Made by a program: the position numbers and the translations under genes. Below the pieces are notes generated by a model. The model was not told the DNA's origin. It ran no database searches and saw only the letters and a program-made list of their open reading frames with translations. From the NCBI GenBank assembly GCA_937625935.1, contig OW569349.1:124001-188000 (forward strand): 64,000 bases of DNA. Reading direction: 5' to 3'. The stretch is from Tetramitus jugosus. Its lineage: Eukaryota > Protista > Heterolobosea. The first letter of the stretch is position 1. The number at the start of each line of letters is the position of its first letter. Positions 25,251 to 36,198 of this stretch are shown here, in pieces.

Positions 25251-26992
25251 TCAAGTGGTTACCGAGGTTTTACTTGATTGTTTCACGAGTTTGGGTGGTT
25301 TTCTTTTGTTTCCAAGCTCTGATGTTGGCTCAATGATTGTTGGTTGGGTTGACTGAGGTTGAGTGCTGATCAATTCCAAGTCAGGATCCATGTCATCCAG
25401 ATCGGAATCCGGGTCGAGCAAGTTGGTTTCCTCCAGAGGATCTACAGTTTGTTTTACAATGTTGAAGAATTGGAACTGGGTGGTGTATATCTTCCTCCGT
25501 TTAGATATCTCTATGAATCGAGCTATATCGTACCTATTGTCGTCTGTTGTGGGTGCATCGTCTTCCTGTTCATCATTCACTTCGGGTAGCTCTAACGGAG
25601 TGATACGCGTGGCAGCGGCAGCAGTTTTCTCTTCCTCAAGCATCAAGTTATGATTGTAGGTTCGATGAACTAGTGTAACTCTATATTCTCGTTTCTTCAT
25701 GACAAATTTACCACTAACCTGTTTGCTCGTTGTACCTGCTGAACCAGGTCGACCACCATAGGATCGAGCTGAAGAAGGTCGAGATCCACTACTCGCAGAT
25801 GCAGCGCCTGGGGATTTAGGAGGTTCCATTGATGCATAGAGATCATCCGTGTTTGAGTTGTTAAGAAAAGTGAGTTGATTACCATTTATCAACGCCCGAG
25901 TTCTATCACCTGGTTGAATTAATAAGATATAGGAGGCTTTTGTGGAGTAGATCTGGGAGGAGACAAAGATTGAGCTCAAAAAATCTTCGTATTCTTTGGA
26001 CAAACCCCGGTACAGTTCAGGTAATTGACTCTCAGGTTGCATTTGATGTTTCTGCTCGTTCTCTAAAATACTGAACAATTCACAAATAGTATCAGAGTCA
26101 TAGAATCGGCGCTGAATTCGTAAGTACCTTTCTTTCTTCGACAGAACGGTCTGTACATTGACGTCATCAACAGGATTCATATCATCCGAAGTTTCTGTAT
26201 CAGGAAGCGAGAAACTCTCGGTTTTTGACAGCTTCAAGGTTGTCAGCAAGTCAACAAATTTTCTCTTTCCATTGATCATTTTCATACTTAGAGTTTGCAA
26301 GGAGTTGTCAATTCCAGGTGTATCATCAATCGTGTATTCTCCATGCATGAGCTCGTACGCGCATCTATTAGGATCCCTGTTCGAGAAGAAGTACAGACCA
26401 TCCTGCAATGATCCCAACAACAGATTGAAGGGATCAAGCTTAGATGACTTCGAAGCAATTTTTGAGATGTATTGCATTGGTTGGATTTCTTCGTTCAATA
26501 AGTAATCTCTCACCATTAACTTTCGAGCGTCGTGCTTTAATTGCCGAATTCGTTCTGACTTGGATTCGGAAGGTTTACTATCACTTGAAGTTGTATCATT
26601 CTTATCCTCTTTCTTGATTTCATTATTTGAATTGCTCGTTGATCCGTCAAGTTCAACATGTCTCTTTTGAAACTCGGTGTTCATCTGTTGACCGACCCTG
26701 ACATCGACCATCAGTGCAATCCTGCCAGTCTTTGTCAGTCCAAACCATATACTTTTCTCCTTGTGAAAGAACAACTTTGTTTCTTCTTCACAAGATAACA
26801 AATGAGGATTGTGAGCTGAGAATTTCGGAGGATTCAGAGATATGTGATTGAATTCATCCCTGTTCGTAAAGAGCACCATTAGTTCATCTTAAACTTTCAA
26901 ATCCCACGGAATGAGTAAAGTGCATACTTGTTTGCTAACAACAATAAATAATAAAAAGGATTTCGTGGTTGATAGGAAAGAATAACACTCAT
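25251..26992 (-). CDS. TANGO2/NRDE-family protein; 2 exons, intron 26860-26927
   Basis: Spliced N-terminus MSVILSYQPRNPFYYLLLLANKDEF; WFGLTKTGRIA, PFNLLLG, LSSIFV..YSTKAS. Intron GTATGC..ACTAAT..CAG. Confidence 0.8.
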
Positions 26993-27173
26993 CACCCACT
27001 TCTCTGCTTGAAACTGTAAATTTCCTCTCTCAATTTTCACTTCCACTTCGGAGTTCTCCCATTCTCCGGTCTCTCTTTTTCACAAGCGACAAGTTTCCTC
27101 CAAATTTCAGCTGTGACTTTTGCACACAAGCAAACAGAACAACAACAAATTTTATCCACTCCATCCAGTTGTA

Positions 27174-29054
27174 ATGAGTAGTTACTCCTCAGTATCTTCT
27201 CTCGAAGAACACATTTCACTCACTCACAATGTCAATCGAAACTATCAATACTATTCTTCACCATCCTCACCTCACAACAACAACCACAACAACCACAACC
27301 ATACCATGATTCTAGATGATTCTGATCTTCCATTCCGTCAAAAGTACAGTGGAAGTCACGAAGCCGATCGTGATGATGAATACTCTGTCAACAACAACAA
27401 CAACAACAATAGTAGTAGTAGTAGAAACATGAGTCATTCCACTTCTCCCAAAAGCTCTTCTTTTCTCTTTGGTTTTTTTCAAAAAGGAACAAATGCTGAT
27501 CATAATGGTGATGATGTAGAAGGTGGTGGTGCTAGTGCTGGTAACAAGAAGACCACCGTGATGGTAGAGTACAAAAAATCAAGGCCATTCCAATCCTTTA
27601 TCAACATTATCAAGACGTTTGCTGGTGCGGGGACATTTGGATTGCCGTGGGCATTAAAACAGTCGGGTCTATTGGCCGGTTTCATTGGTGTTTTGGTAAT
27701 GGCACTGTTGGCCAATTACACAATGCATTTGTTGGTCAAGTGTCGAAGGTTCATTCAAGCTCAGGAACAGTACTATGATACGAGTGATTATTGGAAGACG
27801 AGAGATTTGAGGCAAAAGATTCAGGTGACTGATGAGACAGAGATTGAAGAGATGAAACGTACTGCAAAACCTGCAAAGGACGAATGGGAACAAGAACAGA
27901 GAAACAAGGGATTGTTCTATAAGAAGGCCAAGAGAACGAGACCGTTGCATTGGCGAATGAAGTATGAAGGTGTTCCGGATGAAACAGAGGAGGCAAAGAA
28001 AATGCTCGGAGAGGATCAGAATGATCCCAATGACTATATTTATGATCAACATCGGATCTTTACCTATATGGATCTGGGTTATGAAGCAATGGGCAGCTGG
28101 GGTAGTGCAATGGTTTATTTTTTGCTATTTATGTGTAACTTGGGTGTATGCACTGTCTATTTGACAATGATTGCTGAAATGATGAACAGTATGGTGCCTC
28201 ATATCCCTCATCGTGTATGGCTACTGTTTACGATACCGATTTTTGTTCCAATGAGTTGGATTCGATCTTATGCGCTCATGACACCAATCAGTATTCTCGG
28301 TACGATTAGTTTGCTCACTGCACTGATTTCAGTGCTCGTGTACGGATTTACGGAGAGAATATCGTTCATTAAGGCACCTTGGCATTATCCAGCGCAGTAC
28401 TCATTGTTCAATGCCCAGTACTTTACTCGTTTTATTGGTGTTGTGCTCTTCCTGTTCAACACACATACCTGCGTGCTTCCAATCGAACAGTCTACTGCAC
28501 CAAGAAGAAAGTATGGATGGGCACTAGGTCTCGGTTTCTCCTTCATTGTAGTCATTAATCTATCTTTTGCTCTGATTGTATTCCTGTTCTTTGGAACGGA
28601 TATTCAACCGAACGCACTGAGTAATCTACCAGGAGGAACTGTTTGGGTCTACATTATTAAGGGTTGCTTGGTCGCAGAGGTTGCATTTACTTTTGCTGTT
28701 GTTCTCATGCCAGTATCTGAAGCATTTGATGAAAAAGTGATTTACAAGTTGAAGGACAGATATTGGCCATTTATTCTTACGGGGTCGGCCATCAGAACAC
28801 TGCTGGTGCTGTTCGTCGTGGCCGTCGCCGAGATTTTTGGAGACAACTTTGGCATTGCCATGTCGTTTATTGGCGGTCTAGGACCTAATCTGCTCGGATT
28901 CGGTCTCCCTAGTTTATTCTACTTAATCTTGATGCGTAGGCACTATGGCTTCATCACATTTATGTTCAATTGTTTCATCATTGTGTTTGGATTGTTTGCG
29001 CTCGTATACAATACTTATTCCACATATGTCGATCTCAGATATCCATCTTCATAA
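27174..29054 (+). CDS. Amino acid/auxin permease (SLC36/38-like) transporter
   Basis: SFINIIKTFAGAGTFGLPWALKQSG and multiple transmembrane segments. Confidence 0.9.
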   Translation: MSSYSSVSSLEEHISLTHNVNRNYQYYSSPSSPHNNNHNNHNHTMILDDSDLPFRQKYSGSHEADRDDEYSVNNNNNNNSSSSRNMSHSTSPKSSSFLFGFFQKGTNADHNGDDVEGGGASAGNKKTTVMVEYKKSRPFQSFINIIKTFAGAGTFGLPWALKQSGLLAGFIGVLVMALLANYTMHLLVKCRRFIQAQEQYYDTSDYWKTRDLRQKIQVTDETEIEEMKRTAKPAKDEWEQEQRNKGLFYKKAKRTRPLHWRMKYEGVPDETEEAKKMLGEDQNDPNDYIYDQHRIFTYMDLGYEAMGSWGSAMVYFLLFMCNLGVCTVYLTMIAEMMNSMVPHIPHRVWLLFTIPIFVPMSWIRSYALMTPISILGTISLLTALISVLVYGFTERISFIKAPWHYPAQYSLFNAQYFTRFIGVVLFLFNTHTCVLPIEQSTAPRRKYGWALGLGFSFIVVINLSFALIVFLFFGTDIQPNALSNLPGGTVWVYIIKGCLVAEVAFTFAVVLMPVSEAFDEKVIYKLKDRYWPFILTGSAIRTLLVLFVVAVAEIFGDNFGIAMSFIGGLGPNLLGFGLPSLFYLILMRRHYGFITFMFNCFIIVFGLFALVYNTYSTYVDLRYPSS

Positions 29055-29163
29055 TACCAACAACAAGTATCAATGATAAAACCTGAAATATTAATTCTTG
29101 ATAATTGTGTTTTTATAACAAGGACTTCCTAGTCGAGAAACCTCCTTCATCGATCATAGGTGG

Positions 29164-29883
29164 TTACAACTTGTTGCTCTGCAATTGCTTTACTCTTTCT
29201 TTGAGGCTCTTTATCTCCTTCTTCATAGAGATCTCTTTCGCCAACATCAGCTCATTCTCCTTTTGGGCCAACTCTTTATCCTTTTGGGCCAACTCTTTAT
29301 CCTTTTGGGCCAACATCAGCTCTATATCTTTCTGGATAAGTTCTTTCTCCTTTTGGACCAACATCAGCTCCATATCTCTCTTGGCAATTTCTTTCTCTGT
29401 CTTGGCCAACGTAACCTTTGTTTCCATCAACTCCTTGAACAGTGAAGTTGACCCACGAGAGAGGGAACTTACTTGAGAGGAGGAGGAAACGGAGATATCA
29501 TCGGAAGAACCATCTGAACCATCCAAGTCCCTATTAGCCCTAATGGTATGAAACTTCTCCCTGTCTGATACCATCTCGTCTTCGGCTTTGAGGTACTCGT
29601 ACTCAGCATTTTGAATGCAAAGGGTTTTTGCCCCGGTCTTGAGAAACTCCAAGGCATGATCGGTGTGTTCGCATCTTACCAGGTGAATTTGAAAGATCTT
29701 TTTGTCCTCTTCGGCATTGAAAGCTACCTTCCTCACGATACCTGGTTGATTCAATATCATTGGATCTTGAGATGGAAGAGGGACCCTCCCATTAAAGATG
29801 TCCTTGAGGAATGTTCGAAAACCGTGATATTGAGATGAAACTTCAATTGTGACGACAACTCCTGGCACTTCTTCTTGATTCAT
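29164..29883 (-). CDS. Hypothetical protein with C-terminal heptad coiled-coil repeats
   Basis: Open frame. Start MNQEEV (29883) is preferred because an upstream paralogous fragment begins at the same residue. Repeated KDKELAQ/KEKELIQ units. Confidence 0.6.
   Translation of the reverse strand: MNQEEVPGVVVTIEVSSQYHGFRTFLKDIFNGRVPLPSQDPMILNQPGIVRKVAFNAEEDKKIFQIHLVRCEHTDHALEFLKTGAKTLCIQNAEYEYLKAEDEMVSDREKFHTIRANRDLDGSDGSSDDISVSSSSQVSSLSRGSTSLFKELMETKVTLAKTEKEIAKRDMELMLVQKEKELIQKDIELMLAQKDKELAQKDKELAQKENELMLAKEISMKKEIKSLKERVKQLQSNKL
29230..29372. repeat. Imperfect 21-bp coding tandem repeat (KDKELAQ heptads)
   Basis: CTTTTGGGCCAACTCTTTATC occurs in direct tandem, with CCAACATCAGCTC variants nearby. 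Confidence 0.8.
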
Positions 29884-30020
29884 TTGATGTTTGATGATTT
29901 TTGCCCGTCCAACTGTAGAGAATTTATCGCTCGTATTTGGCGCCTCGGAGAAATTTTGCGACAATCTTCCGAACGAAGCCACGTCGTGAGTTGATTCAAG
30001 CACCTTGATGATTGACAGTG

Positions 30021-30118
30021 AGCCCATTGAAGATGCTCTTTAGGCATGATCGAAAACTGTGATATTGGGATGAAATTTCAATTGTTACCATTACACCTTG
30101 CACTTTCTCTTGATTCAT
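30021..30118 (-). pseudogene. Truncated tandem duplicate of the 5' end of the 29164-29883 gene
   Basis: MNQEKVQGVMVTIEISSQYHSFRSCLKSIFNG vs MNQEEVPGVVVTIEVSSQYHGFRTFLKDIFNG. Confidence 0.8.
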
Positions 30119-30322
30119 TTCCTATTTCGATCTTTTGTTTATCTCATTCCAAAAACTTAAAAGTTAGTCGTTTTGGCCCGAGGTATCACTGCTTGTGCAC
30201 ATGCAACATGGAAAAGCCTCGAATCTAAATATGGTCGATAGCAACATTAGTAAACAACTCAAGTCATTCGTTAAACACAAAATTTGTTTAATTTTGGAGC
30301 CGCAGCAACCTTAAGTCGCTCC

Positions 30323-31381
30323 CTACCACCTTTCATAAATTAATTGTTCCTTTCCCACCCCAATGTCTGACAATGATTGCACGATTCCTTGAATCATTGG
30401 ATCTGGACCACAGACATAAAACAATCCGTTCCGCAAATTGTCCCCTCCTTCATCATCCTCTGCAAAGAAGACCTTCTCAAGCAACGACCGATCCAATTGA
30501 CCCGAACTCATATTGTCTTTGCTTGGACCAGCCACATGATCACCAGTGTCACTCTCTTCATCCGATACATTGTAATACACTTGCATCCTTGCATGCTCAC
30601 ATGTTCGACTCGATTCCTCCAATTCGCGCCAAAATACTAAATCCTCCGCTCTCCTCGCACCGTAAAGCATTTTAACGCGCGTATTCGGCAATGGATGACT
30701 GAGATGTCGTACATGGTTCCAAATGCTCAACATGGGCGTAATTCCAATGCCACCTCCAATTAAATTCACTCGCGTATACTTTTCATAGTTCCTTCTTGAA
30801 TCACCATCACCATCATTGTCATTCGTCGTCAACTCAGGTTGCAAATACATGAATTGTCCATCTGGCCCTCGAATATCCATGACTGTTTCACCTGCAATGC
30901 ACTCATCACTGTGAATGAACTGTGTCATACGATGATTGGACAACTTGATTGCAAATTCAAGTTCATTCGGGTGGAAATGATGCGGTGAATTGCTCGAATT
31001 GATCATTGAAAATCCAGCAATACCATTCAGATCATGATGATATTGATGCTGCTGCTGTTGCTGGTCATTTCCAATGATCGTTGCCTTGTTCCTATGGCCT
31101 TTGTGATGATCATTCCATGTGGGCAGTGGATAAAAATCGACCCATTGACCAGGATAGAACTTGAATAGCACCGGTGAGTTCATGGAACCATTGCTGTTAT
31201 TGTTGTTACTGTTATTATAATCAATAGAGTTGTTGCTGTGGTCCCATATCGGTTGGAATGGCAACAGAGTCAATTTGGTGATTTGGTCCGAGAGTTGCGA
31301 TTTGCAGAGAACTTTGGCCTTCCAATTCTGAGGTGCAATTCTCTTTGCAAACGAAAAGGGCGATCTCATCATGTGTCGCAT
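30323..31381 (-). CDS. FNR-family FAD/NAD-binding oxidoreductase (OXNAD1-like)
   Basis: FKFYPGQWVDF, AGFSMINS, LIGGGIGITPMLSI, FYVCGPDPMI, terminal YERW. Confidence 0.88.
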   Translation of the reverse strand: MRHMMRSPFSFAKRIAPQNWKAKVLCKSQLSDQITKLTLLPFQPIWDHSNNSIDYNNSNNNNSNGSMNSPVLFKFYPGQWVDFYPLPTWNDHHKGHRNKATIIGNDQQQQQHQYHHDLNGIAGFSMINSSNSPHHFHPNELEFAIKLSNHRMTQFIHSDECIAGETVMDIRGPDGQFMYLQPELTTNDNDGDGDSRRNYEKYTRVNLIGGGIGITPMLSIWNHVRHLSHPLPNTRVKMLYGARRAEDLVFWRELEESSRTCEHARMQVYYNVSDEESDTGDHVAGPSKDNMSSGQLDRSLLEKVFFAEDDEGGDNLRNGLFYVCGPDPMIQGIVQSLSDIGVGKEQLIYERW

Positions 31382-31522
31382 GTTTTGTGTTGGTGTTTGT
31401 TGTTTGTTGTTTTGTCATGCAACAAATTTCATCCGATGCGGAGAGAGTTTGTTTTGGCGATTTACTGAAATTGGGAGTAAAAGAAGAAGACATGACATAA
31501 TTGATAGGGAACTCACGTGAGT

Positions 31523-32524
31523 TTATTGTTTGTGATCATCATCTTCGTCAGATGATTCCTCTTCTTCCGATTGTTCCTCTTCCTCTTCGCTTTGCTCTTC
31601 TTCTTCCTCTTTCTCGTCATCATCGTCATCCTCGTCTTCTTCCTCACTCTCCTCCTCTTCACTGCTCGTCTCTTCTTCTACTTGATTCCATTTGTTCCGG
31701 TTTGGATTCGCATTCATTCGATTTGGATTCCTGTTTGGATTCACAATGATATCATCTTCATCGCCACTCCCATCATCCTCATCAGAACTCTCTCCAATGT
31801 CATAATTGCTTCGATCGTAACCATCTGCTCCCTTTCTCAAAGCTCTCTCTCTTCTCTCCTCTTCACACATGGCCAAGTATCGATTCTGTGCTTCAATCAC
31901 CTCTTGTCCCGTCTGACATTGACTGTACTGTGTCAACAGTTCAAAATTCAAATCAATAAACGTTTGTCCCCACGTAAACTTTGCCAATAGCTCTTGTGCT
32001 CGATCTTGGAAACCACAAATGAATAGAGTGGCAGCCAACGCTTCCACACATGACAATTTGAGTGGTCGTCCATAATTGACCGGATTGGCCGCAATTAAAA
32101 ATGGCAACAATCTCGGATTGCCCATTCTCAACTTGTGAAACGCAATACTGCCACCGGACGTGACTTCATTCCACGAACAATCAATGACACATGCACCTGA
32201 TTTTTCCACAATTTCCTTATCTTCCAAACTCACTGCTTTTTGACCAGTGGGCGATAGAACAATGCCCTTGAATGAAGCATTGAGTGGAAGTGATTTGAGC
32301 ATGCCCATGCGCTCCAATTTTTTTCCTGTGCAACGCTTGGCGTCGCACTGTTCAAAGTCCCACATGGCCAGATTGATGGGAAAATTGAATGGCTTGTTCT
32401 TGGATGTGTTGACCTTGTTGTAAGAGTGTTTGCTCTTTTTGTGTTGATGTGGTTGATGAGAGGAGGAGCTCTTGTTGTTGGATTTGTTACCACCGAGTCC
32501 ATCGATACCGCCTTTTCTGCCCAT
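31523..32524 (-). CDS. TSR3: 18S rRNA aminocarboxypropyltransferase
   Basis: LAMWDFEQCDAKRCTGKKL, RLLPFLIAANPVNYGRPLKLSCVEALAA, acidic tail. Confidence 0.95.
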   Translation of the reverse strand: MGRKGGIDGLGGNKSNNKSSSSHQPHQHKKSKHSYNKVNTSKNKPFNFPINLAMWDFEQCDAKRCTGKKLERMGMLKSLPLNASFKGIVLSPTGQKAVSLEDKEIVEKSGACVIDCSWNEVTSGGSIAFHKLRMGNPRLLPFLIAANPVNYGRPLKLSCVEALAATLFICGFQDRAQELLAKFTWGQTFIDLNFELLTQYSQCQTGQEVIEAQNRYLAMCEEERRERALRKGADGYDRSNYDIGESSDEDDGSGDEDDIIVNPNRNPNRMNANPNRNKWNQVEEETSSEEEESEEEDEDDDDDEKEEEEEQSEEEEEQSEEEESSDEDDDHKQ

Positions 32525-32760
32525 GATGTTGTTTTTCTTGTGAGTTGGTGGGTTGTTGTTGCTGGTGTTTTTTTTCGTGTGAATGATTTTTTGTGCCCGT
32601 TTATTCAAACTCTGGGTTGAACATTTCACACGTGAAGCTGAAGAAGGCTATTATTGGGAATAGTGCTTTATTATTGGTGAACAAAAGTTCAAAAGGATCT
32701 TGGTGGTAGTAGGTGTGTGAATGGATGGTGGTGCTGCTGTGTGAATGGACGAGGAGGGAT

Positions 32761-35700
32761 TTAGATTTGCAATCCTGCAGCATTCAAGTAGCCTTGCAAT
32801 TGTTGTTGCTGGGTTGTCAATAGTGAATTGATGCCATGCATGATGAGTTGCTTGGTGTTGTTGTCAGCAGAGCTCAGAGTTGAATGGAGAACTTGTGCCA
32901 AGTGGATCCGTGCATCTTGGACATCACTGGCAGGATCTTGCTCAGATTTGGAAGCAAAAGACAATTTTGCAAAAGCAACCTTGTAGCCGGCACCAGACTC
33001 ATCTTGAACAAAAGAAGGTGCTTCTTGCTCTTCCTCCTCGATGATATCTTGTTGCACATTCTCTGGCACTTCCAGCAGGTTCAAATTCTCCTTGAGCAAC
33101 AGAGAGATTGTATTTCCAGCATCAGGTGAAGCAAGGTACAATGGTTCAAATGTTAATCTGGTCAATGCAACAGAGCATGTCTTTCTTTCCTTCTTGCCTG
33201 ATATCTTTGGAAGACCTGCCAACCACACGTTCTTTAGAATTTGAGAGAAAAGACCGGCTTGAATACCCTCAATGACAGAAATGATTGATGACGCTCTGTG
33301 CTTAATTGTAAACAGAGAGAAGAACAAAACCAAGCATCTCTGGAATTTGATCGTCTTTCTGGTTTGTAGTCTTGCAAACAAGATGGAGAAGATTTGGTTA
33401 AAACTTGCGCTGATGATGTCCTTTGGAGCATGCAGAATAACAGCATCTAGGATAACAAATCCATGGTGGTCGTGACTCTTCGTGTTCACAAGCTTTCTAA
33501 AGATTCCAAGGACCTTATGCAAGTTTTCTTGCTTCATAATTTCAACTTTGTCCTTGGCCAAAAATCCAGTGACCATGTTGACAAGACCAGGAATATTACC
33601 TTCGTTGGACCACAAATTAAAGTCCAAAATTCGAGGCAGAAGCTGTTGGTACTTATCTGGGATTGGAGCTGGTCGCAACTCTAAGAGTTGAGAGAAGATT
33701 TGGAACACATATGGAGTAAACTCTTGAATATCACTCTCGAGAATACTCATAAAGGCTGGGAATAGCGCATTTTCGAATGCCTCAACAAATTGCGGATTAA
33801 ACTTAATTACCGTAGCATAGGACTCGAAAATAAAATGGTTGAAGATAGGGTTCCTGATGTTCTTACAAACAGCAGCCAGAATCGATGTAATCTTCTCAAT
33901 ATATACTCCCATTAATTGTGCCATCTCCTCCCTCAATACAGCAGTAACTCTCATAATCGCTTTCATAATATATTCGTTTTCAGTTGATGATTCGTACTGC
34001 AAAGCACTAAACAAGTTGGTCAGCAATTGTTGAGTGTATTGCTTAATGTCGTCCTTTGTATATCTGGATTGTGTTTTTTGATCAGGAGTTGTGTCCTTCA
34101 CACTCAACATCTTCTCAATGCACCATGCAGCGTAAGTATGGACAACTCTTTCCTTTGATGTCAACACATTGACGACCAATGGGAAGAATTGGTGGAACAG
34201 TTCCTTTGATAAATGTTGTCTAAAGATACACAAGAACTTTAGCGCATCAGCCTTCACAATAGGCAAGCTATTGACATCTCGATTGGACAGTTGAGGCAAA
34301 ATTTGATTCAACAAGAAATCGTGAACAGGTACCAATGGATTGATTTGAGTGGCACCTTTACCTCGTGTTTGTCCCTTGACTGACAAGGCTGTGACCAAGT
34401 AGATTGCTACATCCAATGGTTGCCAATTATCAGGACTAGCCTGACCCAACAATTCGCCAACCTTACGAACAAAGATATTGGTCACTTGTGATTCGTAGTG
34501 GATACAGAGGCCTCTGATCAATTCACTCGCAGCTCTTCTTCTCGTCTCACTATCTGATCCTTCAATGTCTCTTCTGATGTATTCGATTGGGTCGTCCTCA
34601 AACATTTCAATATCATCTTCTCTCAGTGTTACATTCGGTACGATAATGCGTTCGCAAATGGTTGTAATGGTTTGTTCGTTGAGGAATGATTGCTTTCCAC
34701 CTCTGCTAATGGTTGTCAGGAAGGAGAGAGCCTTTGAAACAAACTAATTGATCACGAAAAAAATAACATAAAAACAAGCAGGTGTGAGAACAACAATACA
34801 AGAAGGAAAAATGCAAAATGGTTTCGAGAAAGACATACGCGATCGTGCTTCACAGTCAGTGACGCCTTGGACAAGAGATCCCAGATATCAGCAGCAAATT
34901 GAGGCAACAGTTTCTCAAATTCCTCATCATACTTTTCCAAATACAAGTTCACAATTTCAGTGATCAATGACTTGCTAATGTCCAACAAGCCTGCTTCACT
35001 ATCGTCATCACTCGTCTCTACAAACACGTTGGAGTAGATGAGGATACCGTGAAACATGGAGAAGAACTCGTTCATGTGATCTTCGAAAAACTCTGGCAAA
35101 TCAACCCAGTTCAACGAATAAAAAATTTGAAGCAAGAGATTAATATTGTCGAAAATGAGCTTGATAACAGCTTCGTTTTGAGAGAATTGAGCATTGTTCA
35201 ATGTTTGATAAAATGAGGTAAACAATTGAAGCATTGGTTGAGCAAATTGTCCAACAATGTACACCAATTCATTCTCAATCTCATCTGTCTTGCTCTGATC
35301 TCTATACTTTTTGAAGATTGAGTTTGCAGTGAGCAATAGGCATCGAATCACTTGAAAATCATTGGTTGCCATTTTGCTGATCAATTCCTGCTCATCACAA
35401 CAAGTCATTTAGAAAAAAAAAAGCGCGTGTGAGCACACAAACACATGACATGAAAAACAAACAATAAAGGTACACTCCAAGTTGAGACATACAGGCAACA
35501 ATTGAGGCCACTTTTGATGGAAATCATATTCACAAATAATCGAAATCATTCCTGACATTTGAGTTTGAATGTTACCAGTTGTCGACAGCATCAAATCCAA
35601 TGCATTTTGTTTGATTTGAGCTCTCTCTGGTTCCTTCAATTCATCTTCATTCTCCCACTTTGTTCTCACAAAGTTCTTTAGTGCGAGTGCACCTGACAAT

Positions 35701-35997
35701 CGTATCTGAGGTGGTATGGACTGATTCTTGACCACTGCCATGAGAACAAGGGAATAATTGGGTGTTTTTTCTGCTCCTTTCAATTGTGCTTCAGCTATAC
35801 ATGTGATTATGAATTGTTTTGTGTGTGAGTGAGTGAGTGAATGACATGTATTGATGTTGAGATCAAAACGAATTCGAATGATCGATCATAGCTAAAAATA
35901 ACAACAACATACCATTCTTTCTCACTGTTGGATCAGGGTTGAGTGTGTGCTCGAGCAGTTGTGCTAACTGCATCACGTGCTCTGTTGGGACTTGCAT
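32761..35997 (-). CDS. CSE1: Exportin-2 (importin-alpha re-exporter); 4 exons 35997-35913, 35794-35493, 35387-34839, 34743-32761
   Basis: Importin-beta N-terminal motif ALALKNFVRTKW; DLPEFFEDHM; FEDDPIEYIRRDIEGSDSETRRRAA; three canonical GTATG..AG introns in frame. Confidence 0.93.
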
Positions 35998-36198
35998 TCG
36001 ATCTTTGTGTATTGTTTTTGTTTTTTCTTTGCTCAATGTTGTTTTCCTCCAACGATGAAGATCAATTTTCGTCCACTTTTCTCCGCTTATTTCAAAAAAC
36101 AAATTGAAGTTTGAGGTTCGGAAAGTTTTGTGACAACGCCAAATACAACAGATGTGGTATCGACGTGTGGTTTTTAATTTTCCTCAAAGTTTATCTGT

